Shown here: positions 47,229 to 58,500 of the stretch, one piece after another
Numbering within the stretch: the first letter of the stretch is position 1
How the letters are laid out: every line of letters starts with the position of its first letter
Assembly: GCF_000315625.1 (NCBI RefSeq)
Contig: NW_005434647.1
Location: 176,103 to 240,102 of the forward strand
Source of the DNA: Guillardia theta CCMP2712
Taxonomy: Eukaryota; Protista; Cryptophyta
DNA: 64,000 bases
Reading direction: 5' to 3'
Program-made: the position numbers and the translations under genes
Notes under the pieces: generated by a model
Database searches by the model: none
Seen by the model: only the letters and a program-made list of their open reading frames with translations
Told to the model about the DNA's origin: nothing

Positions 47229-49120
47229 TCAGCCGTGCGTTCCCGAGGCTGGGAACCAAATGGAAGAGGCAGTTCCTCCGAGAATCCTGCCAGTTCAAGA
47301 GTCACTCAGACCGTTTTCCAAGAATCCGATTGCATCCAATCTCAGGCGGCATCACTAAAGTTATGTGAACACTACAAGCAGTGATTCATGGAGACGAGAA
47401 CAAGGAACAAGTTGGGGTCAGGGCGGATTGCACTGAGTAGCGCAAGTGACGGGAGGTGGAGGTGGAAATGTTGCAAATGTGTGTGCACTGAATGTGGGGT
47501 AGATCGGATGTGTGTGTGTGTGTGTGTGCGGGGGGGGGGGGGGGGGGGGGGGCAAGGGGACAAGATCTGACCATGCAAGCTCGTCCTCCGTAAGGAACTT
47601 ATACTCCTCCTTGGCCAACTTCACCTGCGCAGACATGCTGTGAGCAGACGGTTGAAGATCAACACTGTAGGAATTCTACCGTCATATCATAAGACGTGTT
47701 TCCTCCTGGCCAGGTAGGCATCTTGCAAACTGGCCAGTCGGATGCAAACATGCAGCGATCGGGCCCAAATCTCCGCACGACCTCATCCCCTTGTCAACAC
47801 CACACAGCAGGCAACGTCGGCTGGGTTGCCAACCTTCTGCACCACACTGATGGCGTCTGACCATGGATACTGCCCCGTGCTGATGGCCCAGACATGGGAG
47901 ATCTGATAGGACAGAAGGGCTCATGGGCCGAGCGACGAAGCAGCGCAGCTTGCAAGCACCTTGACCAAGACGTTGGGAGAGGATGCAAGGGACAGAAGCT
48001 CGTCGATCTGTGTACGTGTGTTATGAGGAGGAGGATGCCGTCGCCTCTAGGCTATCCTACCTGCTGATCGTCAGATGGTGGAACGTCGGCCATGTGGTCC
48101 ACTATGAACTTGACGTTGGGAAACTGCTGGGAGCTCAGGCATACGTCGTCCTCCTTCCTCCGCACCCACCTCCTTTATCCTTGGAGCGACCCATTGCAGA
48201 GACTTTCCGCCGTCCTTGCCAAGAAAGAGGAGAACTGGAAACTTGAGCTCCTCTGCCTTCTTCAAGATGTTTCGCATGCGCTCGGACTCCCACCATCCTC
48301 GATCCAGCGGGCCGAAACGAACCTGAGATAACAGCATGAGAACGGAAGAGAAAGAAGTGGGTCTGTTCAGAAAGGGGAGGAGTGCAAGCTTGAGCCTTAG
48401 AGACATTGAGGCTATGAGGATGGTTCAGAACGTTGTTGTGTTGTAGACAAGCGGAGAAAGCAACCAGGGACGAGAGAAGCAAGGTAGAGAGTGAGGCGGG
48501 AAGAGGTGTTGAGATACGGCATGAGATCAGAGCAGGGTAGAGCAGTGAAGAATGCAGCATACTCCGATGAAACCCTCCTTCGAAAGCTCCTCCAACTTCT
48601 CCACTGAAGCATCGTCCTCCGGATTCACCCGCGCCACCGCCGCGAAGCGGCCAGGAAAGCGCCGCATGCAGTCTCGCACATAGGAGTTGTCCCAGAGGTA
48701 GCAGATGGGCTGCACAAGAACGGTCTTGTCCACCCCGTTGGCGTCCATGAGAGCGATGAGCTCCTCTGCAGAAGCATCAGCGGCTGGAGGGTTGGGGGTG
48801 GCCCAGGGGTAGTTGCGGTCCTGCTTCCAGACATGCACGGCGCTATCGACGATGCTCATCCTGAGAGCCTGTGAGGAAGGAGCTCTGCCCTCTGACCCGC
48901 CTCCTCTCTGCCTCAACGCGAGGTAGGAGAGGCACAGGGCTGCCGCGGCACTACCGACAGAAGAGGAAAGGAATTTTCTGCGGTGGTCGAGTCCTCGCGG
49001 GGAGGACTGCCATGTACAGGTGGACGGGCCTTGGCTCGAAGGGAGGGAAGGAGGAAGCTCCCAGGCTGAGCACAGCGAAACTCCCAGTACGACCCACGCA
49101 TGGAGTCGCAGCAGGACCAT
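47229..49120 (-). CDS. Amidohydrolase_2-family (lactonase-like TIM barrel) protein with N-terminal targeting extension; multi-exon
   Basis: IVDSAVHVW, GVDKTVLVQP...WDNSY, VRFGP, FIVDHMA, YPWSD, FGPDRCMFASDWP, last exon WILGGTASSIWFP. Confidence 0.85.
47507..47552. repeat. (GT)n followed by a long G homopolymer (intronic)
   Basis: Direct reading. Confidence 0.9.
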
Positions 49121-49449
49121 GGAGGGGAAGTGGAGGCGATGGGGAAGGGGGGTAGAGGGTGGGTCCTTATAAGTCCCTTCGTTTAGAGGAGGGAGCACGG
49201 GACTATTCGGGGAGGATGTGTTTAAGTTTCAAGGTAATGGGGAGAGGAGGAGAACAGCGTGGAGCTGACATGGAGAGAAGGAGAGGTAGCAGGGAATGAA
49301 CACGCTTTATTTACAATGTTTACAGTAAAATCAAAGAACAAGAGCGGCAGAGAGAAAAGAAGAGAGGAGGAAGGAACAGGGACTGGATGACAGAAGCAGG
49401 AGGAAAGAAAGACGCCACCATTTCCACCGGGTTGTAGGGTAGGATGAGA

Positions 49450-51037
49450 TTACAACGCGAACTTCTTCTTGCTCCCCAAGTTTTCTTTCTTGTGGATCCA
49501 TTCGTATTCGCCGCGACTAGTGGAAGAGCGTCAGCTAGAAGAAGAAAAGAAGAAAAAGAAGAAAAGAAAAAGCAGCACGGAACAAAGGGCATGTACGAGG
49601 AAAGGACAGCAGGAACGAAGGCAAAGAAGGTTCCAGAAGAAACGAGACATAGGGGCTGTGGACTGGCCGGAGCTAGGAGAGAGTAGGGAGGAAGAGGAGT
49701 ACTTCAATATATGGACTGGTGACTCACCTGCTATCGAATGTCCCCGCCTGCATGCTCTTCAGCTTCAGAGTGAACTTAGGGCCAATCTCCTGCTCCACCT
49801 CGTCAGACATCTAAGGAAAGAGAGCAGAGCCCGCACCTGCAGACGAGCCTTCTCCCCTTGCTTGTCGTCGGGGAAGATGTACCTGCCATGGCTGATAAGA
49901 CTCTCGCTCTGCGCACCTCCAGGGAACAAGGACTACAAGGAAGCTGCACAAGGAACGTCCTCAGATACCGTCGTAGTAAAAGATGTCTAGCATGGGAGGC
50001 TAGAAACCATAATCTCCTCACAGGACAGAGCACGATGGGGAGAGAAGACCGTGACGAGAGCAAGGGCCGGGATATACCTGTGATGTCGCACGAAGACGTA
50101 GTCTCTTTGACAGTGAAATGTGACAACCCGTCTTCCCGTGAACTGAGGATCCTGTCAGGGAACATGGAAGTCAGTCTCAAGCCTATCCATGCTAATGAAC
50201 TCCGACGGTATCCCAGGAAAGGTTCCTCAGATACCGTCGTAGTTAAGAGTATCTGATATGCGATCAGCCCCTCGGTGTCATCAGAGGAAGTGATAGTCGG
50301 TTGCAGCACAACACAAGAGAGAGGAATAGCTGCACCTGTGGAAACAAGCTTGAGAATGCACGGCTAACTCGTTGACCCAGCCTCGTTGTGAAGTTGTTCA
50401 GAATGAGCTCAGGCTTGTGTTTGGTTGCCCTGGCATGGTTCTTGATCTGATCCGGAAGCTTCACGCTTGAGAGGCGGAAATGCAGAGTGGGGCCTTCCGG
50501 CAGGTGGATGAGCAGCATTGAGCATGGGAGCTTCTTGTGCCCACCGAGCTGTAAACCCTGACCGAGGATAATCAAGTTGGTGAACCCTCTCTCCCCCGCC
50601 CACTTGCAGATGTCCTTGATGTTGTAGTTGCGTCGGGAATAGTAGTACGATCCAGGGATCAGCACAAGAAGGGACTTGACCAGTTCGATCAGAGGCTTCG
50701 AAGGATGGTTGTTGGTCGTGATGATCGTTCTAGGAGGTTCGCCGTCGAAATATTTCCGGAACTCATCCTCCTCCTCATCACGTCGGATCTCCTCGTCTTC
50801 GGACTCCATGATGGTCTCGTCGGCCTCGCGCATGTTCTCCAAGGTCCTGGGGACTTGCTTGGGGAGGTCCTTCTTCTCCGGGTCCTCGGCATCTTTCTTC
50901 CTCTGCTCCTTCTTGGCTTTCTTGATCGCTTTCTTTTGTTTCTTGATCCTGTCATAAACCTCTTGTCTTTTTGCCTTGTTCCCAATGTGCTTGGTAGCTG
51001 CCCTGTCCTCTTCGGAAGGGAGCTTCTTCTTCACCAT
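49450..51037 (-). CDS. RPF1: Ribosome production factor 1 (Brix domain), 5 coding exons
   Basis: [48 protein letters not shown] / [25 protein letters not shown] / YIF...ARLQ / [10 protein letters not shown]...GTFDS / [10 protein letters not shown]...KKKFAL*. Confidence 0.93.
49957..50026 (-). ncRNA. Box C/D snoRNA (snR79-like, 18S Cm1007-equivalent guide), copy 2, in an RPF1 intron
   Basis: gtcct-g-TGAGGA (box C variant)...actacgacggtat-CTGA (box D)-ggac, with a terminal stem; guide antisense to 18S AUACCGUCGUAGU. Confidence 0.75.
50223..50289 (-). ncRNA. Box C/D snoRNA (snR79-like, 18S Cm1007-equivalent guide), copy 1, in an RPF1 intron
   Basis: ttcctc-TGATGA (box C)...CTGA (D')...aactacgacggtat-CTGA (box D)-ggaa, with a terminal stem; same guide as copy 2. 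Confidence 0.85.
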
Positions 51038-52781
51038 CCTGCAAACACAATGTTCTCAGTTGCCGCAGATTGCACTGTCGCGAAGTAGAATGAGCGCATA
51101 GTGCTCAAGAGCAGCAAAGAGCGATTGCAAAGCAACAGGCTGCAGCTTTGCTCTATCACATGGAGAATCGAGGGATGTTGAGCTAACCAGCTGATTCCAG
51201 GCATGGTCTCCACATCAATCAGCAACCATCTGCTGTTGAAACTAGCATGAGCTCTTGCCTTCTTGCCGCTCTCCTCTACAACTCCTACACTCATGCCCTC
51301 CTTGCATCTGCTCTTTCCTGCTCTCTCCTGCTCTCCTGTTCTCTAACCTTCTCTGCTCTTCTTTGCCTTGCCCTCCCCTCGTCTCTGCACAGTTTCCCCC
51401 TTGCTTGGTTTGGCGCGCGCACGTGCACGTTTGAAGTCAAGGTTCAGTGTTCAAGGACCCGAGCTACACCGGGCCCCGGGCCCCGGGCCCACCGTACGAT
51501 CGGGCAGAGTAGTAAAAAGATCGTTCGAGCATCTTGAACCGTTGTGAAAACGGATGTAATGGCGATCAGTGGTACTAAATTTACACCTCATGCCCATGTC
51601 AAGAGATACCATTTTCATTTTTAAGTTCTATATTCATCTCAAAACAATTATAAATTTCTGATCGTTGTGTTTTTGATGGTAATGGGACCATAAAGAGATC
51701 GAATCGACTTAATAGCTAGTCCTTCTATTAAAACACTTTTATTTCAAATCACACGGAATGTCACAGAACTTCACAGATTCTTTTTCAGATTTCCTGTACA
51801 TCAAAAGCAATTCAAAATACATATCACAGAGATTGACACACAATTGCGTAGTGGTATCACACGGTTATTCCTAGTACCCCAGGAAGGACACGACGGAAGA
51901 GCTCAGGGTTTTCTGCAGTTCCAAGGTTAAATCATATTTTGAGTTAAGCTTTATTTTTTGGTCTGATTTTCATCTACTATATTTGAGTAACTAATTATTA
52001 TGTATTGTGTCTTGTGGTATCACACCGGGGCTGATCAAATTTTCCTGAACTAGTCTCACCCTTTTGTGCAATTGATAGAAACATCTGCTGCCGCCTGCCA
52101 TGCTGGCTGTTGCCGCCCCACAGGAGGGGATGAGCCTTCCTATCGTTCAAGAGCGATGTCGCTTGTCCCTCCTACTCCAGTACATACACGACCTCCATGA
52201 GATTTCTCCTTCTCTTTCCATGCACTTGATGTCCTATCACAGCTTCTGCTCCCGCACCCTCCAAGACCACTCCCGGCCTCCTCCGGCCCCCGTTTCTGAT
52301 AGGAGTGGCTGCATGCCGCTGGCGCGATGCGTAGCGCTGACTTTGCTACCTGATATCAATATTGTTGTCTTGGGACTTTGTTTGATGTTGATTCTTCTCT
52401 TCGTACTCATCGATGTCGTGCCTGTCTGGTTTGCAGATCTCAATACTTTGGGGCACGAACACAATGAGTAGCTGAACCCTTTTGAAAGATGTTCTAGGAG
52501 CAGACAAGGCCTTTAGCATGGCAAATTCAAAGTTAGAGATTGAGTATCCCCAACATTTTTAGCAAGAAGCCTTGTGCAGTCATTGCATCAGTTTCAAAAG
52601 TGTCGAACATGTGGGTGAAGCTAGACTAGGTAGAGAAAGTGGCGTGAGGAAATGTTCGACCATGGTGCGTCTTTTTGAAGCGTTTACTCCACGAGTCTTG
52701 ACATCAAACACGTTCCATGAGGTTTTGTGTGTGTGGTCGCCTGACTCCTGCCTTCACAGAGGTGAGCGCCTATCTACCGCC

Positions 52782-55614
52782 ATGAACGAAAAGTTCAAGG
52801 TGGAAGGTGCCCACCTGAAGCCTGGCTTGACGGAGAGCTCAAGAGCGCTAGCTAAGACAAGCAGAGGACAAGAACATGCAAGATTGACAGCCGATCTGCA
52901 CTCAGGACATGTGGGAGGCAGGAAGTCAACGCAGAGCAGCCTCCTGCGCTCCAACGCGGAGCAGTTTGCGGATCTCATCCCCGAAGGAAGCGAGGACTCG
53001 GAGGTGGATCTGAACGAGGATCTGAACGAGCTTGATAGCATCGAGGCTGAAATCTTTGGGGGGACGCCGCAGGAGGCGAAGGGGGTGCACAGGGGAGGAA
53101 GGGAGGACGACGGAGGAGGCTCGCTGCTGATGAAGGTCGAGCACAGGAGGGGGCCTCCGATCCTCTCGCCGTATCTGCAGCACCACAGGGTGGTGCCGTC
53201 GAGCAGGAGGGCAGATTTTGAGAGCAAGTGGATGCCCAAAGAGGTTAACGGCTCGGTGATGACGAGGCTGAAGAAGGAGCTGGGAAGCAAGGCCGTCCCT
53301 CGAACCATGTCCTTCCTCAAGTCGCTCATGAGGTCGCTGAGCCGCCTCCTCCCGACGGAGGGGAGGATGGCTCTCATCGAGGCACTGCAGAGCTACGAGG
53401 CTGGGAAGCTGTCAGAGGTGACCCTTGCGGAGAGGATAAAGGGGCTGGTGGACCAGTACAGGATAGTGGTGCCACTTGAGGATGGGCACGGTTACCTGCC
53501 ATGGAGGAGGTCGAGCAACGATCCCCCTCCCCTGTCGTTTGATGAAGCTTCTCCTGCCAACGACGGGATGGCTGAAGTTTCTTTCACTAAGAAGGGGAAG
53601 CGGAAGCTTGACGATCGTGACGAGTTGGCTGACATGCAGGATCCTGCAAGGCGAGCAGGGTTGAAACAGCAGGAGGACGAGGAAGGAGAGGATGGCTGCA
53701 TGGAAGAAGGAGGGTCTTCAAGCAGAGGGGCAATGCAGGGGGAGACGTCTAGTGAGCAACTCGAGGACACGCCGATGGCGCAGCATATTACGGGGAAAGT
53801 AAGGAGCGTGTACAAGAGCAGCATGCCTGTGAGGGTACGGGTGGTCGGGGAGAAGGTCTCAACGGCAGGAGGGTACCTGCATCGCTCTAAGGCGATCATG
53901 GCGTTCCAGGAAGCGAGAGGGGGGAAAGAGATCCTGCTGTTTGCCATGTACACCAACGAGTTCGGAGCAGACGCGCAGGCCCCCAACACCGGGAGGGTCT
54001 ACATCGAATGCATAGACGGGCTGCCGCTGAGGCCGAACGAGAGGGGGGAGGAGAGGGAGGAGCTGGTGCGGGGGATCATGTACGGCTACCTGGAGTACAT
54101 GAAGCTTTGCGGCTTCTCCTTCATCCACCTGCGGGTCCCTCCTCCCCACGACTCCAACTGCCAGATCTTCTCGAGGAGGCCGGCGGACGTGCGGCTCCAG
54201 TGGTCCATCAGGATGTCCCTGTGGCTCAAGAAGCTCCTGCGAAGCGCCGCGGCCGCCAAGATCATCGACGCTTACCAGTGTGGAGCCCATGGCAGCATCC
54301 TCAACTACCCCCCGACGCTCCTCCCCGCCCGTCACCTCTACCTGGAGTGCACCTTTGCCAAAGTGGAAGCAGCAAGTGCCAACCGTATCTCCTTCGCATC
54401 CCAGCAGCAGGTACTGGACACTCCTTCCAATCCCCTCCCTGCTCGCCTACCCCCTCGTATGCTTCTCTCGTTGTCTGCGCCGTGTACCCCTGCCCTCTGT
54501 TGCTTGCTATGGTATATCGTTTAACGCGTTGGCAGCTGCGAGAAAGACTGTTTGTGGTTCGTCTGCACCCGGGTCCCAGGACAGGAGGAGGAACAGGCGT
54601 GCGCGCCATCGATCGCTCTCCCCTCGTCCCAGCGACCACCGCAGCCTCTCGGCAGGACCTCATGTGAGTCGAGGGGTAGCGCATCCTCAGGCCGCTGACG
54701 AGGAGAACGAGCAGCAAGACGTTGACGACGCGGCGCTGGTCGTTTCACACTCTTGCTCATGCTACGACGACGACAACGGGACTGTGAGCTGGCACAGGAG
54801 CATGGGCGGCGTCTGATGGTTGCGAGCAGGTTGCAGATGCTGATCAGTGAGCAGCGAGCGGCGAGAAAGCAGGTGGGTGGGAAGAGGAAGCTGTTGTAAG
54901 ATGATGACGCACCTGCAGGAGGCGACAGAGGCGTCATCCTCCTCCTATCCTGCTGCAGACACCTCGATGGCTGCTGCTTCGAGCTCTTCCTCCAAGGATG
55001 CATTTAGGACTCCTGAGCGTCTATCCCAGCAGCTAGCAGCCATGCTCGAGCGATCCGCCGAGACCACACCGGTTGTTGAGCATGCAGCGGTTCCTCTCAG
55101 TGACGGGGAGAGCGCAGAGTGGATCAGTGCCAACGCCAGGACAAGAACTTGCTGAGAACCGATCGGAGTTCCTGGTTAGGGAGGCAGCCTGTGCATATCC
55201 TGCTCTCCTTACTCCCCTTTCAGGATTCCGTATTTGAGGTCTGGGAGAAGCCAAGGGAAGAAAAGCTGGTAAGCCAACGCATCTGCCTCCTCCTGTTCCT
55301 CTTCTGTTCCCCTCCAAATCTGCTCTATAGCCCCTTGCTTTCCTTCCTTTCCTCTCCTTGTGTCCCGCCAGCCGCCATCTGACTTCCGGGCAGTCTGCCA
55401 TCACTGCCAGCACCGTCTCGCCGCTCATCCAGCCTTCTCCGAACCTCCGGCACATGCAGGTGAGGACCTGCTGCAGGAGGGGACCTCACCGCTGACTCGC
55501 TTCAGCATGAGATGCAGGAGCTGGGGCAGCAAGAGATTGACGATGGCTCTTCCCTGTTCTGCATGGACACCCTTCAGTTGTGATCGGGACGTCAGGGGCC
55601 TTGGGAGTAGCTAG
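52782..55614 (+). CDS. Divergent p300/CBP-type (KAT11) acetyltransferase-domain protein with an RST-like helical domain; probably catalytically impaired; multi-exon
   Basis: KAIMAFQE...LLFAMYTNEFGADAQAPNTGRVYIECIDG...YGYLEYMKLCGF...HLRVPPP...IFSRRP...WLKKLL, then LFVVRL and RWSFHTLAHA segments colinear with the p300 HAT. Start and last exons are approximate. Confidence 0.8.
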
Positions 55615-56008
55615 GAAGGTCTCCTTCCCGTACAGCTGGGATGTTCTTGGGGCTGCGTTCTGCTCAGAACCCTTCCTCCTGCACACTTGCGACTCTCACT
55701 TGCTTCTTGGAACCTCTCTTGTTTCTTTGCCATGCGCCCTGTGCTAACTTTGACTTGTCTGTAAGATATGAATGCAATGAATGTAAGATTGAATGAATGC
55801 TCCGTTTAACTCAACCCACGTTTGCAGAGTATGTCACATACCTCGCTGACTTCACAATCATAAGAACCAGCGGGAATCGTTACAATTTCATGTACCCTTC
55901 TTGTATCGGTTTTGACTAGGATGTCGTTTTTGACCGTTTATTCATTTCCTACCCTTCCTACCCATTTTCATCCTTCTATACAACCTGAAGCTCCCTCACG
56001 AGCTCGTT

Positions 56009-56458
56009 TCACCTGCAGTCTGCCTTGCAACCACAACCCAAGAAGTTCCCGTCTTGATTTATGGATGGGCCTAGCGATTTCTCTGACATCTTCAGCACTT
56101 TCATCGCTCCATCTTCAAGGACATTTCCGTTATGATCAATGCATGGCCTCCTGGTTATTTCCAGGTTGATGATACTAAAGGCGACACAGCCTGAAGCGCT
56201 GCCGCTGACTTGTCGATCATTGAAATCGTCCTGGACTTGACTGTAGATGGTGTTGCGTCGCACGCAGAAGCTGGCAGCGTGTGCTCGTGCACATGCAGTT
56301 GAGACCACCAGACTTGCTCGCCTTCGACCAGCGGAACATGCTGAGGGGCTTTGCATCACCAGGGCCCCATGCGAATCTCCAAAACTCGAGCAATGCAAAT
56401 GAGGTCTGAGATGAGACGAAAGGAGGAGAGTTGAGCTCTGCGAAGATTGTTCGATCAT
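56009..56458 (-). CDS. Small intronless hypothetical protein
   Basis: ATG (56458) to stop within the 205-aa open frame; no recognisable domain. Confidence 0.35.
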   Translation of the reverse strand: MIEQSSQSSTLLLSSHLRPHLHCSSFGDSHGALVMQSPSACSAGRRRASLVVSTACARAHAASFCVRRNTIYSQVQDDFNDRQVSGSASGCVAFSIINLEITRRPCIDHNGNVLEDGAMKVLKMSEKSLGPSINQDGNFLGCGCKADCR

Positions 56459-57007
56459 GTCGCAGAAATATCTGAGGAAAGTGCGAGAAATGTGCACTAA
56501 CGAGCCACAAAACAATGTGCGAAGCAACAAGAGCTGAGAATGAACCAGACACAGCGAGGAATTCAAGGTAGGAGGCGGAGAGAAGAGAGGAAGCAAGGCT
56601 GGGGGATGGAGGCGAGGAGGTTGCAAGGAGAGGAATCAATCTTGATCTATCTGCAGGAGGAGACGCTTAAGACGAGATTTCTTTACGGGCTTAAGAGGAG
56701 TGACAGGAGGAAAGGCAAGGCAAGGCATCGCTTCGAAGCTGCAAGGTCGCATCCCCTGCACCACCCTACCCCCAACTTTCCTCCATTTTTCGGGTACTTG
56801 ACGGAGACCGGAGCGTTAAACCGCCGTGACCCCCGTCAGCCGTCACGTTACCGGACCCTCCGGGATGGCTCTTAACGACTCCCAACTGGTGAGCGTATCT
56901 GAAACGAGGGGGTCAAATGCCCTTCTGAGTAGGGGTGGGGTCGAGCATTTATCTGCTTCCACGATAAGACCTGGTTATTCGCGTTTAAACTTGAAGTACC
57001 GTACAAG

Positions 57008-58500
57008 TTGTCACGTACTGATTTTTAACTTAACTTTGAGTAACTAAACTGTCCGCCGCTGCCACGGTCAGCCTGTCGTCGTGACAGATTCTACCATCGC
57101 GCGGCGGCGCAGCGATCGGACGGCGGTCACTGGGCGGCCACGGGTGCGCGGCGAGCTTCGGAACGCGAGTCAACTTACGGTTCGGTCCGATTACTGAGTG
57201 ACGGAGTGACGGTGCCTGCCGGCCGCTGAGCCTGACTTTGAAGTCAGTCAGGCTCAGCTTTACTAAACGGTTTACAACTTACTAACTTAAGTTACCGTTA
57301 AGTTAGCCTTGACTCAGTGAAGCCGGGCCGTCCGATCGGAACTTTGCCCGTCCGGTCGGCCCCGGTGTGCCCGGCCGATCATGCCAGTGCCTACCAAGCA
57401 CGGGGCCGCCGCGCGGGCGTGACGGCGGCGGTCCGTCCCGGTCTGCGGCGGGGGCGGCGTGACTGAGCCCGAGGTGACTCGGGCCCGACTGGCAACCGTT
57501 GGCCCTAGTAGTGCCACCGACTCAAACCGTTCAACGGTTCAACGGGTGACCGAACTCCCGGTCCGTCACCCGGCGGCGGTGCCGTCCGACTCAGTCGTCA
57601 TCAGTCCGATCCGATGCCGCGGCCCTGGCCCCGGGCCGGGCACTGATCATTGGACACTTGAGTTATTACGGTTAGCCTGTCCGATCACGATACCGTGAAT
57701 CAAGCCTATGCCATCATCATGGCCGGGCTTCAGTGATACAGTGATCATGCGGACCGTCAATTGAACTTGGCAGTTACCCGGTAATACCGTGCCGCATGCC
57801 GTCCGTGACGGTCAGCCACGTACCCGGTGACCGGTGGCCCTCCGACGGTTCAACGGTTGGCCCGGACTCCGGGAACGGCCCGGCCGCGGCCGGGGCGGCC
57901 GGGCCGGGTTCAATGGTTCGAGCCAGTGACTTTCCCTCAGCCTGTCAAGTTACCAAAGTTAAGTTCAACGGTTAAAAATCAGTACGAGGACACTGATTGA
58001 ATCAGGAGAGTATCGGACTCAGCAGGCTTGGCACAGGCCATACGACGAGAAGAGAAAAGACAGCGAGAACCAACCCTTATCCGGGCCTGCCGCAGTGCCG
58101 ACTGTGCTGTCCCCTTCAGTAAGTTTCCGACAGTGACTCAGTGACTGTCACAACTGACCGTACCGTCGGACGGTTGGCAGCGCAGTCCGAGGCGCTGAGG
58201 CCGCGAATTCAGTGCCGCAGGTTCTGAAGCCGCCTGAGGCCGCTGAGAACGAGCCACGGGGGCGGTCTGACTCAGTCGTCACGCCACGCGACTGAGCCTC
58301 CGTCACGGACTCGGAGTCCGACCCGGTACAGTTCTGAGAGGCTGAGGCTGGCAGTGAAGGCCGGTGCCGGAGGGGCCCTGGCAGAACCCGGGCCGGCGGT
58401 CAGCGTCACGGGCGAGTCGCAGCCGCGCCATCACCATGCGGTACTAGAGGGCCCTTACAGGCTGAGCCACGTACGGTACGGTAGTGGCCGCGGTGACTCC
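57008..58500. repeat. GC-rich palindromic-word island containing inverted heads of the dispersed repeat (57008-57043 on -, copy B 57950-58114 on +)
   Basis: TGACTCAGT, AACCGTTCAACGGTT, CCGATCGG and CGGCCG words; cgtactgatttttaacttaactttgagtaa is the reverse complement of the repeat head. Confidence 0.7.

Noticed and set aside
49961-49977. 17-nt exact match to 18S rRNA as an rRNA gene fragment
   Set aside because: Explained as the antisense guide plus box D of the snoRNAs.
51040-51240. Possible H/ACA snoRNA upstream of the RPF1 start
   Set aside because: Hairpins and an ACA are present, but there is no H box between the hairpins and no identifiable target.
51540-52080. AT-rich block as a transposon remnant
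   Set aside because: No TIR, TSD or transposase trace that I can support.
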